Virus record (IMG/VR): IMGVR_UViG_3300048597_000653
Location: 53,625 to 117,624 of that record
Length of the DNA stretch: 64,000 bases
From: a virus
Taxonomy: Duplodnaviria > Heunggongvirae > Uroviricota > Caudoviricetes
Direction: 5' to 3' (one strand)
Shown: positions 8,095-17,226 of the stretch, one piece after another
How positions within the stretch are numbered: position 1 is the stretch's first letter
Layout of the letters: each line of letters begins with the position of its first letter
The notes under the pieces: generated by a model
Told to the model about the DNA's origin: nothing
What the model saw: the letters and a program-made list of their open reading frames with translations, nothing else
Database searches by the model: none
Program-made: the position numbers and the translations under genes

Positions 8095-8542
8095 CGGTGA
8101 ATTCCCCTTGTTGATGCTGCATGTCGGCTCCAGCGTCATGCTGTTCGACGCCTCGCATCGCATCTGCGAGATCGAAGCGGCCGATCGCATCGACTTCCAG
8201 TTTTGCGACGGCAGTGGGACGCCCGTCACCAGTCGCGAAGTGCTGCATGATCCCGTTGGGGATCAAAGTGAAGTGATCGACTCTTCGGAAGCAACAGGCG
8301 ACAGCGACGAGCCTCCGGCTGATCCCGATCAGGAACAAACCGAGGAAGCTCCTGTCGAGGAAGCTCCTGTCGAGGAAGCTCCTGTCGAGGAAGCTCCTGT
8401 CGAGGAAGCTCCTGTCGAGGAAGCTCCCGCTGAGGAAGCTCCCGCTGAGGAAGCTCCCGCTGAGGAAGCTCCCGCTGAGGAAGCTCCTGGCGAGGAAGCT
8501 GCGGTCGAGGAAGCTCCCGAAGCTCCCAGCACCGAAGCGTAA
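8072..8542 (+). CDS. acidic protein with a C-terminal (EEAPV/EEAPA)n repeat
   Basis: 156-aa ORF directly upstream of the terminase. The C-terminal 60 aa are encoded by a 15-bp tandem array. Confidence 0.5.
   Translation: MQVQLPSSGEFPLLMLHVGSSVMLFDASHRICEIEAADRIDFQFCDGSGTPVTSREVLHDPVGDQSEVIDSSEATGDSDEPPADPDQEQTEEAPVEEAPVEEAPVEEAPVEEAPVEEAPAEEAPAEEAPAEEAPAEEAPGEEAAVEEAPEAPSTEA
8342..8521 (+). repeat. 12 tandem copies of a 15-bp unit, gaggaagctcctgtc and variants
   Basis: Five identical units, then four gaggaagctcccgct units, then three variant units. In frame with the 8072 gene. Confidence 0.9.
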
Positions 8543-8590
8543 CGAACATAGACCGCTCGGGACGAACGCTCACCCACTCGTTGCCGCCTT

Positions 8591-10336
8591 GTGCCGCGCG
8601 AGACCAATGCGAACTCGAATTGCGGTCTCTTCTACAGTTTCTCGCTTGCCAGTGGCTGCATGAGTGACGGACTTCAAGACCTGGCCTCGTCCATCGCCGA
8701 AGGACTGCGCGATCGGACGCTGACCAGTTGCTCCCGCTGGGCTAGTGCGAGACGAATCATGGGTGCCCCGTTTCCGGGGCCATACTCCTGGAAACGGCAC
8801 CCCTGGGTCAAGGAACTGCACGACTCCTGGGCTCCCTTCAATTATGCCATGAAGGGTGCTCAATTGGGCGTGACGGAAGTGGCGATCAACCGAGCGTTTT
8901 ACACGCTCGATCGCCTCAAACGTGACGTCCTGTACGTTCTGCCGACCTCGCTCAACGCGCGTGATTTCAGTAAGTCGCGTTTCGGTCCGGCATTGAGCAA
9001 CAGTCCTTACATCAAGGGCATGTTCACGGATACGAACACCGTCGAACTGAAGCAAGCCGGAGCCAATACGCTCTATATCCGCGGGTCGCGGACCAATAGC
9101 AACCTGAAGTCGATCCCAGCGTCCGAGTTGCTCTTGGACGAGATTGACGAGATGGAGCAGAAGCAAATCTGGCTGGCGTTGGAACGCTTGTCAGGCCAGA
9201 TTCACAAGCACGTTTGGGGCATCTCCACGCCGACGATTCCCAACTACGGCATTCACAAGCTGTATTTGGGATCGACCCAAGAGCACTTTGTATTTAAGTG
9301 CCCTTGCTGCTCGCGTCAGACGGAATTGATCTGGCCAGAATGTGTGGAGATATGCGGCGAGCATGAAACGGACATTCGCTGCAAAGAGTCGTTCCTGAAA
9401 TGCAAGGAATGCAAAGGGAGGTTGGACCACGCACTCAAATCGGAGTGGCTGGCCGATGCGTTCTGGCAATCATTTGCTCCTAACGCCAACCCGGAAGTCC
9501 GCGGCTTCTACATCAACCAACTCTATTCGTTTACGGTTTCGCCGGGCGAATTGGTGGTGGCTTACTTCCGCGGATTCGGTGACGAACTAGCCGCGAAGGA
9601 ATTCAAGAACTCAAAACTCGGCCTGCCGCACATTGGTGACGGGGCCAAAGTCGATGATGGCATGCTCGACAAAGCAGTCGAGCTAGGTAGCCACACGAAA
9701 AACGACGAACGACCTCGCGACTATCGACAGCACCTCATCACGATGGGGGTCGATCAAGGCAAGTGGGGATACATCGAAATCTGCGACTGGTCGGTGCAGC
9801 CCTTCGCGCAAGACGTGAACGTCGCTGCCACCTGCAAAGTATTGTGGGAAGGAAAGTTTTTCGAGAACGACTGGGGCCGGCTCGATGAACTGATGCGTGA
9901 ATGGCAGGTACAAGGCTGCGTCATCGACGCCGATCCTGAAATCAACGAAGCACGTCGCTTCGCCAAACGCTTTCCCGGCTTCGTCTGGTTGTGCCGCTAT
10001 CGCCGTGGCGTGTCGGCCCGTCAGATCCAGATCACCGATGACGAGGATGGTGCGCCGCTAGCCACCGTCGATCGATCGAACTGGCTATCGGCCAGCCTTG
10101 GTCGCTTCAAATGCACGCCGCCGAGGATTGTGTTACCTCGCGACGTATCACACGAATATCGCGAACACATGAAGGCACTCGTGCAGACCTATGTGCGAGA
10201 TAGCCAGTACGGCAACCCGGTCTGCACCTATGTCGAGACCGGACCAGACCACTTCGCTCATGCACGCACTTACAACGAAATCGCCCTGCCGCTCGTTGTG
10301 GCGCGCTCTACGAATCAAGACATCCGCGGAATCTAG
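8591..10336 (+). CDS. terL: terminase large subunit, lambda GpA-like
   Basis: 581 aa with a Walker-B-like LLLDEIDEM segment. An internal Cys-rich zinc-finger segment, CPCCSR...CKECKG, and overall layout resemble GpA-type terminases. Start may be the internal Met at 8663. Confidence 0.7.
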   Translation: MPRETNANSNCGLFYSFSLASGCMSDGLQDLASSIAEGLRDRTLTSCSRWASARRIMGAPFPGPYSWKRHPWVKELHDSWAPFNYAMKGAQLGVTEVAINRAFYTLDRLKRDVLYVLPTSLNARDFSKSRFGPALSNSPYIKGMFTDTNTVELKQAGANTLYIRGSRTNSNLKSIPASELLLDEIDEMEQKQIWLALERLSGQIHKHVWGISTPTIPNYGIHKLYLGSTQEHFVFKCPCCSRQTELIWPECVEICGEHETDIRCKESFLKCKECKGRLDHALKSEWLADAFWQSFAPNANPEVRGFYINQLYSFTVSPGELVVAYFRGFGDELAAKEFKNSKLGLPHIGDGAKVDDGMLDKAVELGSHTKNDERPRDYRQHLITMGVDQGKWGYIEICDWSVQPFAQDVNVAATCKVLWEGKFFENDWGRLDELMREWQVQGCVIDADPEINEARRFAKRFPGFVWLCRYRRGVSARQIQITDDEDGAPLATVDRSNWLSASLGRFKCTPPRIVLPRDVSHEYREHMKALVQTYVRDSQYGNPVCTYVETGPDHFAHARTYNEIALPLVVARSTNQDIRGI

Positions 10337-10344
10337 GGATTCGC

Positions 10345-12132
10345 ATGGTCGCCCTACACGCCACCACCATTATCGACAGCCGTCACTTGGCCTACGACGA
10401 TAGCTCGTTGGATTGGGAGAAATGGCGACTGACCTATCGAGGCGGAGCACCTTTCCGCGATCGTTATCTGAAGCAGTTCTCCACGCGCGAAGATGGCGAC
10501 GACTTTGCACGGCGGAAGGAATGCACTCCGGTCCCCACGTTCGCCAAGTCGGCAGTTAATGAGATTCGTAACTCGATCTTCCAGCGACTTCGTGACACGG
10601 TCCGGCGTGGCGGCAGCAAGGCTTATCAGGCCGCGATCAACGGTCTGGATGGCGGGGTCGATCGCCGTGGCGCCAGCATGAACGCCTTCCTGGGAATGGA
10701 AGTGCTGTCCGAGTTGCTAGTGATGGGGAAGGTGGGAGTCTACACCGACAACTCCACGTCGCAAGGCGACACACTGGCCGACACGCTGAATTCGCGGCCG
10801 TACGTTTACGTCTATCAAGTCGAAGACATCTTGTCCTGGACTTGCAGCCGGCCGGATCGACCGTCCGAGTTCCAATCGTTGCTGTTGCGCGACACTTGCG
10901 TCGAATACCACCAGGATTTCTTCCTCCCGTCGCGGAAGTTCATCCGTTTTCGTCATCTGTGGATCGATGAGACCGGATTCGTCAACATCCAGTTCTACGA
11001 CGAGAAGGGTGCCTTGGTTGACAAAGATGGCAACCCCGCCGGTCCGACTGTCCTGGAATTGACCACGATTCCGTTCGTGCTGTTGGATATCGGCGATAGC
11101 CTCATTAAGGACGCCTGCGACTATCAGATTGCCCTGTTGAATCTGGGCAGCAGCGACATCTCCTACGCACTGAAGGCGAACTTCCCGTTCTACGTTGAAC
11201 AGCGTGACATGCGTGCCGCCGGGAGCCATCTGAAAGTGGCTGCCAATGCAGACGGCACTTCCACCGCCGGTGGCCAAGGTGCTGCCGACAACGATATCAA
11301 GATCGGATCGTCGCAAGGCCGGGCCTACGGCCAAGGCTTGGATCAACCAGCGTTCATCAACCCTTCGCCCGAGCCGCTGCAAGCCTCCATGCAGTTGCAG
11401 GACCGGCTGGAAGAGAAGATTCGCCAACTCGTGCATCTGTCGGTCAAGACGCTAGCCACGCGCGAGTCGGCCGAGTCCAAGAATTTGGACAACCAAGGGC
11501 TCGAAGCGGGGCTCTCTTTCATTGGACTGGTGCTGGAAAGCGCCGAACGAAAGATCGCCGAGCATTGGTGTTCTTACGAAAACAAAGGACCATCCCATCG
11601 GGAGTTGGCGACCATCAAGTATCCGGATCGCTACTCGCTCAAGGATGACAGCGACCGAATCGAGGAAAGCACCAAGCTCTCCAAGCTGATGACCACCATC
11701 CCTGGCCGCCAAGTCAAACGGGAACTGGCCAAGGTGATCGTTGATTCGTTGCTGGCAGGTAAAGTGGACATCGGAGTGTTGGAAACGATCCGCGAGGAAA
11801 TCGACCAGGCGGACTACACGACCAGCGATCCGGAAACGTTGATGTCAGCCGTGGAGAAAGGTTTGTGCGGCGAGCAAACCGCCTCGAAGGCACTCGGGTT
11901 TGCCGACAACGAGTTTTTGCAAGCTCGTAAGGATCACGCGGCCCGTATCGCCCGCATCCAAGCGGCTCAATCGCCCGTCAGCGATTCCACCCCTGGTGCT
12001 CGTGGGGTGGATGACTTCTCCGAAGATCCGGACGAGGCCCGCGAAGAAAAGCGACAGAGCCGAGACAACACACTCAATGATACGACCGAGGCGCGGGTGC
12101 GAGGCGCCGGTCGTAAGGGAGAAAACGACTGA
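10345..12132 (+). CDS. putative portal protein
   Basis: 595-aa protein immediately downstream of terL with an acidic C-terminus. Assignment is by position and size only. Confidence 0.5.
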   Translation: MVALHATTIIDSRHLAYDDSSLDWEKWRLTYRGGAPFRDRYLKQFSTREDGDDFARRKECTPVPTFAKSAVNEIRNSIFQRLRDTVRRGGSKAYQAAINGLDGGVDRRGASMNAFLGMEVLSELLVMGKVGVYTDNSTSQGDTLADTLNSRPYVYVYQVEDILSWTCSRPDRPSEFQSLLLRDTCVEYHQDFFLPSRKFIRFRHLWIDETGFVNIQFYDEKGALVDKDGNPAGPTVLELTTIPFVLLDIGDSLIKDACDYQIALLNLGSSDISYALKANFPFYVEQRDMRAAGSHLKVAANADGTSTAGGQGAADNDIKIGSSQGRAYGQGLDQPAFINPSPEPLQASMQLQDRLEEKIRQLVHLSVKTLATRESAESKNLDNQGLEAGLSFIGLVLESAERKIAEHWCSYENKGPSHRELATIKYPDRYSLKDDSDRIEESTKLSKLMTTIPGRQVKRELAKVIVDSLLAGKVDIGVLETIREEIDQADYTTSDPETLMSAVEKGLCGEQTASKALGFADNEFLQARKDHAARIARIQAAQSPVSDSTPGARGVDDFSEDPDEAREEKRQSRDNTLNDTTEARVRGAGRKGEND

Positions 12133-12443
12133 TGGGATACGACGTCTCCAAAGAGACCGTGGACGAGTTCATGGCGGGTGGGGTGGAAGTGGGCACCTCT
12201 GCCGTCCGCTGTTCGACCAACACCAACAAGTTGGCCAAAGGGGTGCAACTCCGGGCCTCTCCTGAGAATGACGGGATCATCTTCGTGGGGCATGGTCAAC
12301 ATGTGACCCCTGGTGATGTGACCGCGACGGATGGCTTTCCGTTGGCCGCGGGTGAAGGTGTATTTCTGCCGATCTCCAGCGCCGACAAGGTCTGGCTCAT
12401 CTCGGACACAGCCGCTCAGAAAGTGTTCTTGCTTGCGATCTGA
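12132..12443 (+). CDS. hypothetical head-module protein
   Basis: 103-aa ORF whose ATG overlaps the portal stop. Confidence 0.45.
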   Translation: MGYDVSKETVDEFMAGGVEVGTSAVRCSTNTNKLAKGVQLRASPENDGIIFVGHGQHVTPGDVTATDGFPLAAGEGVFLPISSADKVWLISDTAAQKVFLLAI

Positions 12444-12451
12444 GGTAGCCC

Positions 12452-13474
12452 GTGCGAAGAACTCGTTTACTTACCACCGTGGGTCAAAAGACGTTTGGCC
12501 CGAACCGTTCGCTGCTGATTCGTAGTTCGGACACGGGCAACGCTGCCATTCGCCGCACGATTGCCCAGGTCTTAGGTCTGAGTGACGTGGCTCTGGCGGT
12601 GCGAAACTTGCCCGTCTCGGTGCTCCAGACATTGGACTTGCTCGATGAAGCCACTCAGCAACTGATCGGAGGCGGTTCTGAAATCGATGACACCGCCAGT
12701 GACACGCTGAACCTGATTCAGGCCATCACGGGTATCGCCGACTTCCCGCGATCGGCGTCCGACGCGATTTCCTTCACCAGCACGGCCGTGGGGACTCGGC
12801 AAAGCAGCTTGCTGACCAATCTGATCTCGCACTGGAAATTGGACGAGGCCAGCGGGACCAGAAATGATTCACACGGCACGAACCATCTGACCGACGAGAA
12901 CACGGTCACCCAAACGACGGGCAAGTTGACCAGCGCCGCGCAGTTCACGGCCGCCAATTCGGAACGACTGATCGTCGCTGACAATGCTTCAGTGTCCACA
13001 GGCGACATCAACTTCAGCATGGCAGGCTGGTTCTATGTCGATAGTCTTGCTGCGCAGCGAACATTGGCTTCGCACATGGGTGCGCTGACCAATCGCACCT
13101 TCAACCTCTACATCAACACCAGCGGACGGCTCACCTTCGACGTCTACAGCACCTCCGCCCTGGTAGGCCAGGCGCGTACCAACGGTGGTACGGTCACCAC
13201 GGGCAGTTGGCATTTCTGCTACGTCGAGCACGACGCCACCAACAACCAAGCCTCCGTTTCGCTGAATAACGGCAGCTTGATTACGGTCTCTACGTCCGCC
13301 GCCCTGGGCGATTGCGATCGTGACTTCCGGATCGGGGCGGCGGAGGTGAGTAACGTCCCAGCCCAGTTCATGGATGGACGAATGGACGGCTGGAGTTTGT
13401 GGAAACGACTGCTGACCTCCGATGAACGAACGGCGCTGTACAACTCCGGAAATGGTTTGGAGTATCCCTTCTAA
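12452..13474 (+). CDS. LamG / concanavalin-A-like lectin domain protein; candidate capsid decoration or adhesin
   Basis: The C-terminal ~200 aa show LamG_3 features: GDINFSMAGWFYVDS, NLYINTSGRLTFDV, WHFCYVEHDA and DGWSLWKRLLTSDERTALYN. Confidence 0.6.
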   Translation: MRRTRLLTTVGQKTFGPNRSLLIRSSDTGNAAIRRTIAQVLGLSDVALAVRNLPVSVLQTLDLLDEATQQLIGGGSEIDDTASDTLNLIQAITGIADFPRSASDAISFTSTAVGTRQSSLLTNLISHWKLDEASGTRNDSHGTNHLTDENTVTQTTGKLTSAAQFTAANSERLIVADNASVSTGDINFSMAGWFYVDSLAAQRTLASHMGALTNRTFNLYINTSGRLTFDVYSTSALVGQARTNGGTVTTGSWHFCYVEHDATNNQASVSLNNGSLITVSTSAALGDCDRDFRIGAAEVSNVPAQFMDGRMDGWSLWKRLLTSDERTALYNSGNGLEYPF

Positions 13475-13875
13475 TGCCGACTCCTTCCGAGATTCTGGGA
13501 TTGATCGATGCTTCAGTGAACTTGCTGTTGCCTGTTCTCGAAGCGGGCCAGACGCAGTACAAGCTGGCCAACGGACATTTCTGGCAAGGGCTGCCGACAC
13601 ACTCGGCACTGCCTGAAGATGGGGCCTATGCCGAACCGGATCAGCTTTCCGCCACAGCCACCAATCTGGCCGAGGACTGGTTGCAGGTTGGCTACAACAT
13701 CGGCCCGTCTCGCGTCTGCCTGTGGATCGACACCTACGATGGCCCGGTGGGCGAAGGCTATGTGTTAAACCTGGCCTTGCGCATCGAAGGCCGGCAATGG
13801 AACCGTCGCATTGCCTTTGGACCCGATCAGTCGCATTCGTCCGATTGGATGCAAGCGGAAGAGGGTGGCGACTGA
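13474..13875 (+). CDS. hypothetical protein
   Basis: 133-aa ORF with an ATGA overlap onto the upstream gene. Confidence 0.45.
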   Translation: MPTPSEILGLIDASVNLLLPVLEAGQTQYKLANGHFWQGLPTHSALPEDGAYAEPDQLSATATNLAEDWLQVGYNIGPSRVCLWIDTYDGPVGEGYVLNLALRIEGRQWNRRIAFGPDQSHSSDWMQAEEGGD

Positions 13876-14396
13876 TGGCGATCAATTCTCAATACTACGG
13901 CAGCTTGCAAGAAGCGGGTGAATACTTCGAGACACGGCTACACGAACGAGCCTGGTCATCGTCGTTGCCACTCGATCGCTCGAAGGCCTTGCTGGCGGCG
14001 ACTCGCATCCTGAATGCCCTCAACTACAAGGGCGATAAGGCAGCGGTGTATGCGGCCAAGGCCGTCAATGCCCAGATCACCGATGAACAAATCCGAGCCG
14101 CCGAAGTCAGCCAACCGCTGGAGTTTCCTCGCGGGGCCGACACCGAAGTGCCGGAAGACATTCGCATCGCCTGCTACGAAATCGCTTACTCGCTGCTCGA
14201 CGGCAAGGATCCGGAAGCGGAACTCGTGAACTTGGGTATCTCCAGCCAAGGATATTCCTCGATCAGGACATCCTACTCGCGAGACCAAGTGCCGATCGAA
14301 CATATCGTCAACGGAGTACCCAACAGCCAGGCTTGGCGTCTGATTCGTCCCTTCTTACGTGACGACGATGCCGTACGCTTGAGCAGGGTCTCTTAG
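13875..14396 (+). CDS. hypothetical protein
   Basis: ATG at 13875 overlaps the upstream TGA. 173 aa. Confidence 0.45.
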   Translation: MAINSQYYGSLQEAGEYFETRLHERAWSSSLPLDRSKALLAATRILNALNYKGDKAAVYAAKAVNAQITDEQIRAAEVSQPLEFPRGADTEVPEDIRIACYEIAYSLLDGKDPEAELVNLGISSQGYSSIRTSYSRDQVPIEHIVNGVPNSQAWRLIRPFLRDDDAVRLSRVS

Positions 14397-14481
14397 AGCC
14401 TACCGGCGGCTGAGCCGGGTTCTTTCAAGTCGCGATACCCGCTGGCGGCTTGACTCTCTTTGCGGGGTGTTTGAGGAATCC

Positions 14482-15324
14482 ATGAATCACAGTCTGTACT
14501 TTTCGTGCGCGCAGGTCTCTTGCTTTGATGGTGAAGTTGATAATGGCGGCGATCCTCCCGCAGGGGCCGCATCTGGAGGTGCTGGTGGTGCCGCAGGCGG
14601 AACTGCCGGTGGTGAGTCCAAGACCTTCACTCAAGATCAACTCAATGCCATCTTGGCCGAGGATCGTCGCAAGCACCAGGCTCAATTGACGAAAGTCGAA
14701 GAGAGCTACAAACAACTGCTCGCCAATGGGCAGAATTTGTCCGAGCAGGAACGCAAGACACTGGAAGAGAACCTGGCCACGGTGCAAGGTCAGCTTCGCA
14801 CGAAAGAGCAGCAGACTGCAATCGAAAAGAAGGAACTGCTCGATCAGTACGACAAGAAAATCAAGGAATCGGAAGAGCGTGCGGTGCAATGGGAGACGAA
14901 ATACCGCAACTCCACGATCTCGCGCGAGTTGAAGGACGCCGCCGTTTCCGGCGAGGCGTACAACCCGGACCAGATCGTCTCGTTGCTCCGTGCCTCGACC
15001 AAAATGGTCGAGATCGTGGACGAAGTCTCGAAGAAATCGACCGGCGAGTTCAAGACCGTTGTCGAATTCTCGGACGTCAATCCCGACACCGGAGAACCGG
15101 TTCTGACTTTGAGAACTCCGGCCGAAGCCGTCAAGCGGATGCGCGAGTTGCCCGAGACCTACGGCAACTTGTTCAAGTCCAACGTGGTGAGCGGCTTGGG
15201 CGGAAACTCTTCTACCGCTGGGCTTCCGGCGGGCAGCAATGGGCGTATTGATCCGTCGAAATTGACGACGGAGCAGTACATGAAACTCCGCAAAGAGCGA
15301 CCTGATGCTCTGGGGATTCGCTAG
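14482..15324 (+). CDS. putative scaffolding protein
   Basis: Gly-rich linker then a long charged, coiled-coil-like Q/E/K-rich region. Lies directly upstream of the capsid gene. GAGGA 5 nt before the ATG at 14482. Confidence 0.55.
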   Translation: MNHSLYFSCAQVSCFDGEVDNGGDPPAGAASGGAGGAAGGTAGGESKTFTQDQLNAILAEDRRKHQAQLTKVEESYKQLLANGQNLSEQERKTLEENLATVQGQLRTKEQQTAIEKKELLDQYDKKIKESEERAVQWETKYRNSTISRELKDAAVSGEAYNPDQIVSLLRASTKMVEIVDEVSKKSTGEFKTVVEFSDVNPDTGEPVLTLRTPAEAVKRMRELPETYGNLFKSNVVSGLGGNSSTAGLPAGSNGRIDPSKLTTEQYMKLRKERPDALGIR

Positions 15325-15382
15325 CCCGCACCAAATCAGGGATCGCAAAACACCTCGTACATCGACTCAGGAGTAGGAACAG

Positions 15383-16795
15383 ATGAATCCCTTGTATCTG
15401 TCGTGTGCCGTGGTCTCGTGCTACGCCAACGACAACTCCGCTTTCGTTCCCCAGCTTTGGGCGAATGAGGGCCTGGCCATCCTCGAAGAGAACATGGTGA
15501 TGGGCGGACTCGTCCATCGCGACTTCGAGCCCGTGGTCGCCAACTTTGGCGAGACCGTTCACACTCGCCGGCCGGGCAGCTTCAAGGTCCGACGCAAGAC
15601 GGACACGACCTCGCTGACTCAGCAAGACGCCAGCGCGGTCAACGTGCCGGTGGTGTTGAACCAATGGTTCTACACCAGCTTCACCATCAAAGATGGCGAG
15701 GCCAGCAAGTCGTTCAAGGACTTGGTGCAGGTCTACCTGTTGCCCGGTATGCAGACGATCGCTCGCGGCGTGGATCGCGCTCTGTTGGGCCATGTTCACA
15801 AGTTCCTGAGCGGCCCGACCGGCCGCGCTGGCCGCTTGCGCAACATGACGTCCTCGAATGCGAAGGACTACGTGTTGGCTGCTCGCGAACGGTTGAACGT
15901 CAACAAGGCCCACGAGACCGATCGCCGGTTGGTCGTGTCGCCCTCCAGCGAAACCTCGATGCTCCAAACCGACCTGTTCTTGAAGGCCAACGAGCGCGGT
16001 GACGGTGGTTCAGCCCTGGAGAACGCACGGCTTGGCCGCATCCTGGGCTTCGACACCTTCATGGCTCAGAACGTCAACAGCGTCTCGACCGGTCTGACGG
16101 TTGCCAGCGGGACCGTGACCAGCGCTCTGGCTGCCGAAGGGACTGGCTCGCAAGCGGTGACCATCACCGGCTACCAGGTCAACGTCGGCGAGTACGCCGT
16201 TGTCGCTGGCAACGATCAGCCGACCTTCATCACGGCTGCGACGGTCGGCGGTGGCGACACCACGGCGGTCACGATGAACGAGGCCAACAAGTTCGCGACC
16301 CTGGCCAGCGCTGCCATCACCGTCTACAAGAAGTGTGACGTGAATGGCAACTACGCCGCGGGCTACAGCGAAGGCATCGTGGTCGATGGATGGACCACCG
16401 CCCCGCAAGTTGGCCAGTTGATCTCGTTCTCGACCAGCACGACTCGCCGCACCTACACGGTGATCGAGTCCGACCTGACCGGCTCCGGCGAGCAGACGAT
16501 CTACCTGGATCGCCCGCTGGAGTTGGGCCTGTCGAACAACGACTTGGCCTTCCCCGGCCCTGCCGGCTCGTTCAACATGGCTTTCCATCGCGATGCCTTG
16601 GCATTCGTGAATCGACCGTTGGCGTTGCCCTCTCCGGGCACGGGCGTGATGAGCAGCGTGGGCGTTTACAACAACGTCTCGATGCGTGTCAGCGCTCAGT
16701 ACAACATCAACGCAGGTGGCACGATCGTGAACCTGGACATGCTGGCCGGGATCGCGGTGCTCGACACCAACCTGATGGTTGCGTTGTTGGGCTAA
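15383..16795 (+). CDS. putative major capsid protein
   Basis: 470-aa protein after the scaffold gene, followed by a strong terminator cluster. Shares an N-terminal motif with the scaffold protein. Confidence 0.6.
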   Translation: MNPLYLSCAVVSCYANDNSAFVPQLWANEGLAILEENMVMGGLVHRDFEPVVANFGETVHTRRPGSFKVRRKTDTTSLTQQDASAVNVPVVLNQWFYTSFTIKDGEASKSFKDLVQVYLLPGMQTIARGVDRALLGHVHKFLSGPTGRAGRLRNMTSSNAKDYVLAARERLNVNKAHETDRRLVVSPSSETSMLQTDLFLKANERGDGGSALENARLGRILGFDTFMAQNVNSVSTGLTVASGTVTSALAAEGTGSQAVTITGYQVNVGEYAVVAGNDQPTFITAATVGGGDTTAVTMNEANKFATLASAAITVYKKCDVNGNYAAGYSEGIVVDGWTTAPQVGQLISFSTSTTRRTYTVIESDLTGSGEQTIYLDRPLELGLSNNDLAFPGPAGSFNMAFHRDALAFVNRPLALPSPGTGVMSSVGVYNNVSMRVSAQYNINAGGTIVNLDMLAGIAVLDTNLMVALLG

Positions 16796-16815
16796 ACGCC
16801 TGATTCTTTGCGGTT

Positions 16816-16853
16816 GCTACCTGCCCGACTCTCGGGCAGGTAGCACCGTTTTC
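16816..16853 (+). terminator. rho-independent terminator after the capsid gene
   Basis: 12-bp perfect stem gctacctgcccg/cgggcaggtagc with loop actct, followed by accgttttc. Confidence 0.7.
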
Positions 16854-16863
16854 AATACACCTC

Positions 16864-16918
16864 CAGGTAGATGCGTCTACCTGCCATGCCGCCTAGATGG
16901 CGGCATCTCTTTTTCTGG
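16864..16918 (+). terminator. two further hairpins; the second is followed by a U-tract
   Basis: Hairpin caggtaga-tgcg-tctacctg, then atgccgcc-tagat-ggcggcat followed by ctctttttct. Confidence 0.5.
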
Positions 16919-16929
16919 AGGGCCACCTG

Positions 16930-17220
16930 ATGGATTTTTCGAGCGTGGCAGACCTCATCAAACAATTTGGCCCGTTGTTCGTGGCGGTTGTCTTCTTCCT
17001 CTGGCGTGACTGGAAACGTGAAGACCGACTCTCACAGCGGATCAACGTGCTTGAGGATGAGCAGCGCAATGTGATTATGCCGCTGGTTGAGAAATGCTCC
17101 GCGGTCATCGCTGAAAACACTGTGGTTATCAGCCGGCTGGAAGCCTCGATTGCCAATCGAGATCAATTGGAAAAGGCAATTCAACGGATTGAACAGTTGC
17201 GATCGAAGGGGAACGGGTGA
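16930..17220 (+). CDS. small membrane protein with one transmembrane helix and a coiled-coil tail
   Basis: GGAGGG 9 nt upstream of the ATG at 16930. The ORF as called from 16897 would overlap the terminator hairpin. Confidence 0.45.
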   Translation: MDFSSVADLIKQFGPLFVAVVFFLWRDWKREDRLSQRINVLEDEQRNVIMPLVEKCSAVIAENTVVISRLEASIANRDQLEKAIQRIEQLRSKGNG

Positions 17221-17226
17221 TGCCGC

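Noticed and set aside
8342-8521. Considered whether the tandem repeat arrays (here and at 58811) could be CRISPR.
   Set aside because: The units are contiguous with no spacers, are in frame within proteins, and are 9-15 bp long. They are not a CRISPR array.
8226-8607. Minus-strand ORFs 8226..8573 and 8329..8607, with repetitive ELPRQ and GASS translations.
   Set aside because: They are alternative-frame readings of the 15-bp tandem repeat array. The plus-strand acidic protein ends with a proper stop next to terL.
10717-11436. Long minus-strand ORFs antisense to structural genes. Examples are 10717..11436, 14425..15348, 15212..15967, 16010..16588, 18149..19090, 21766..22629, 22217..23080, 26205..27434 and 29462..30961.
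   Set aside because: In a ~60% GC genome the antisense frame that shares third codon positions stays open by chance. Every case lies fully inside a plus-strand gene that has clear motifs or module context. There are no independent ribosome-binding sites or terminators.
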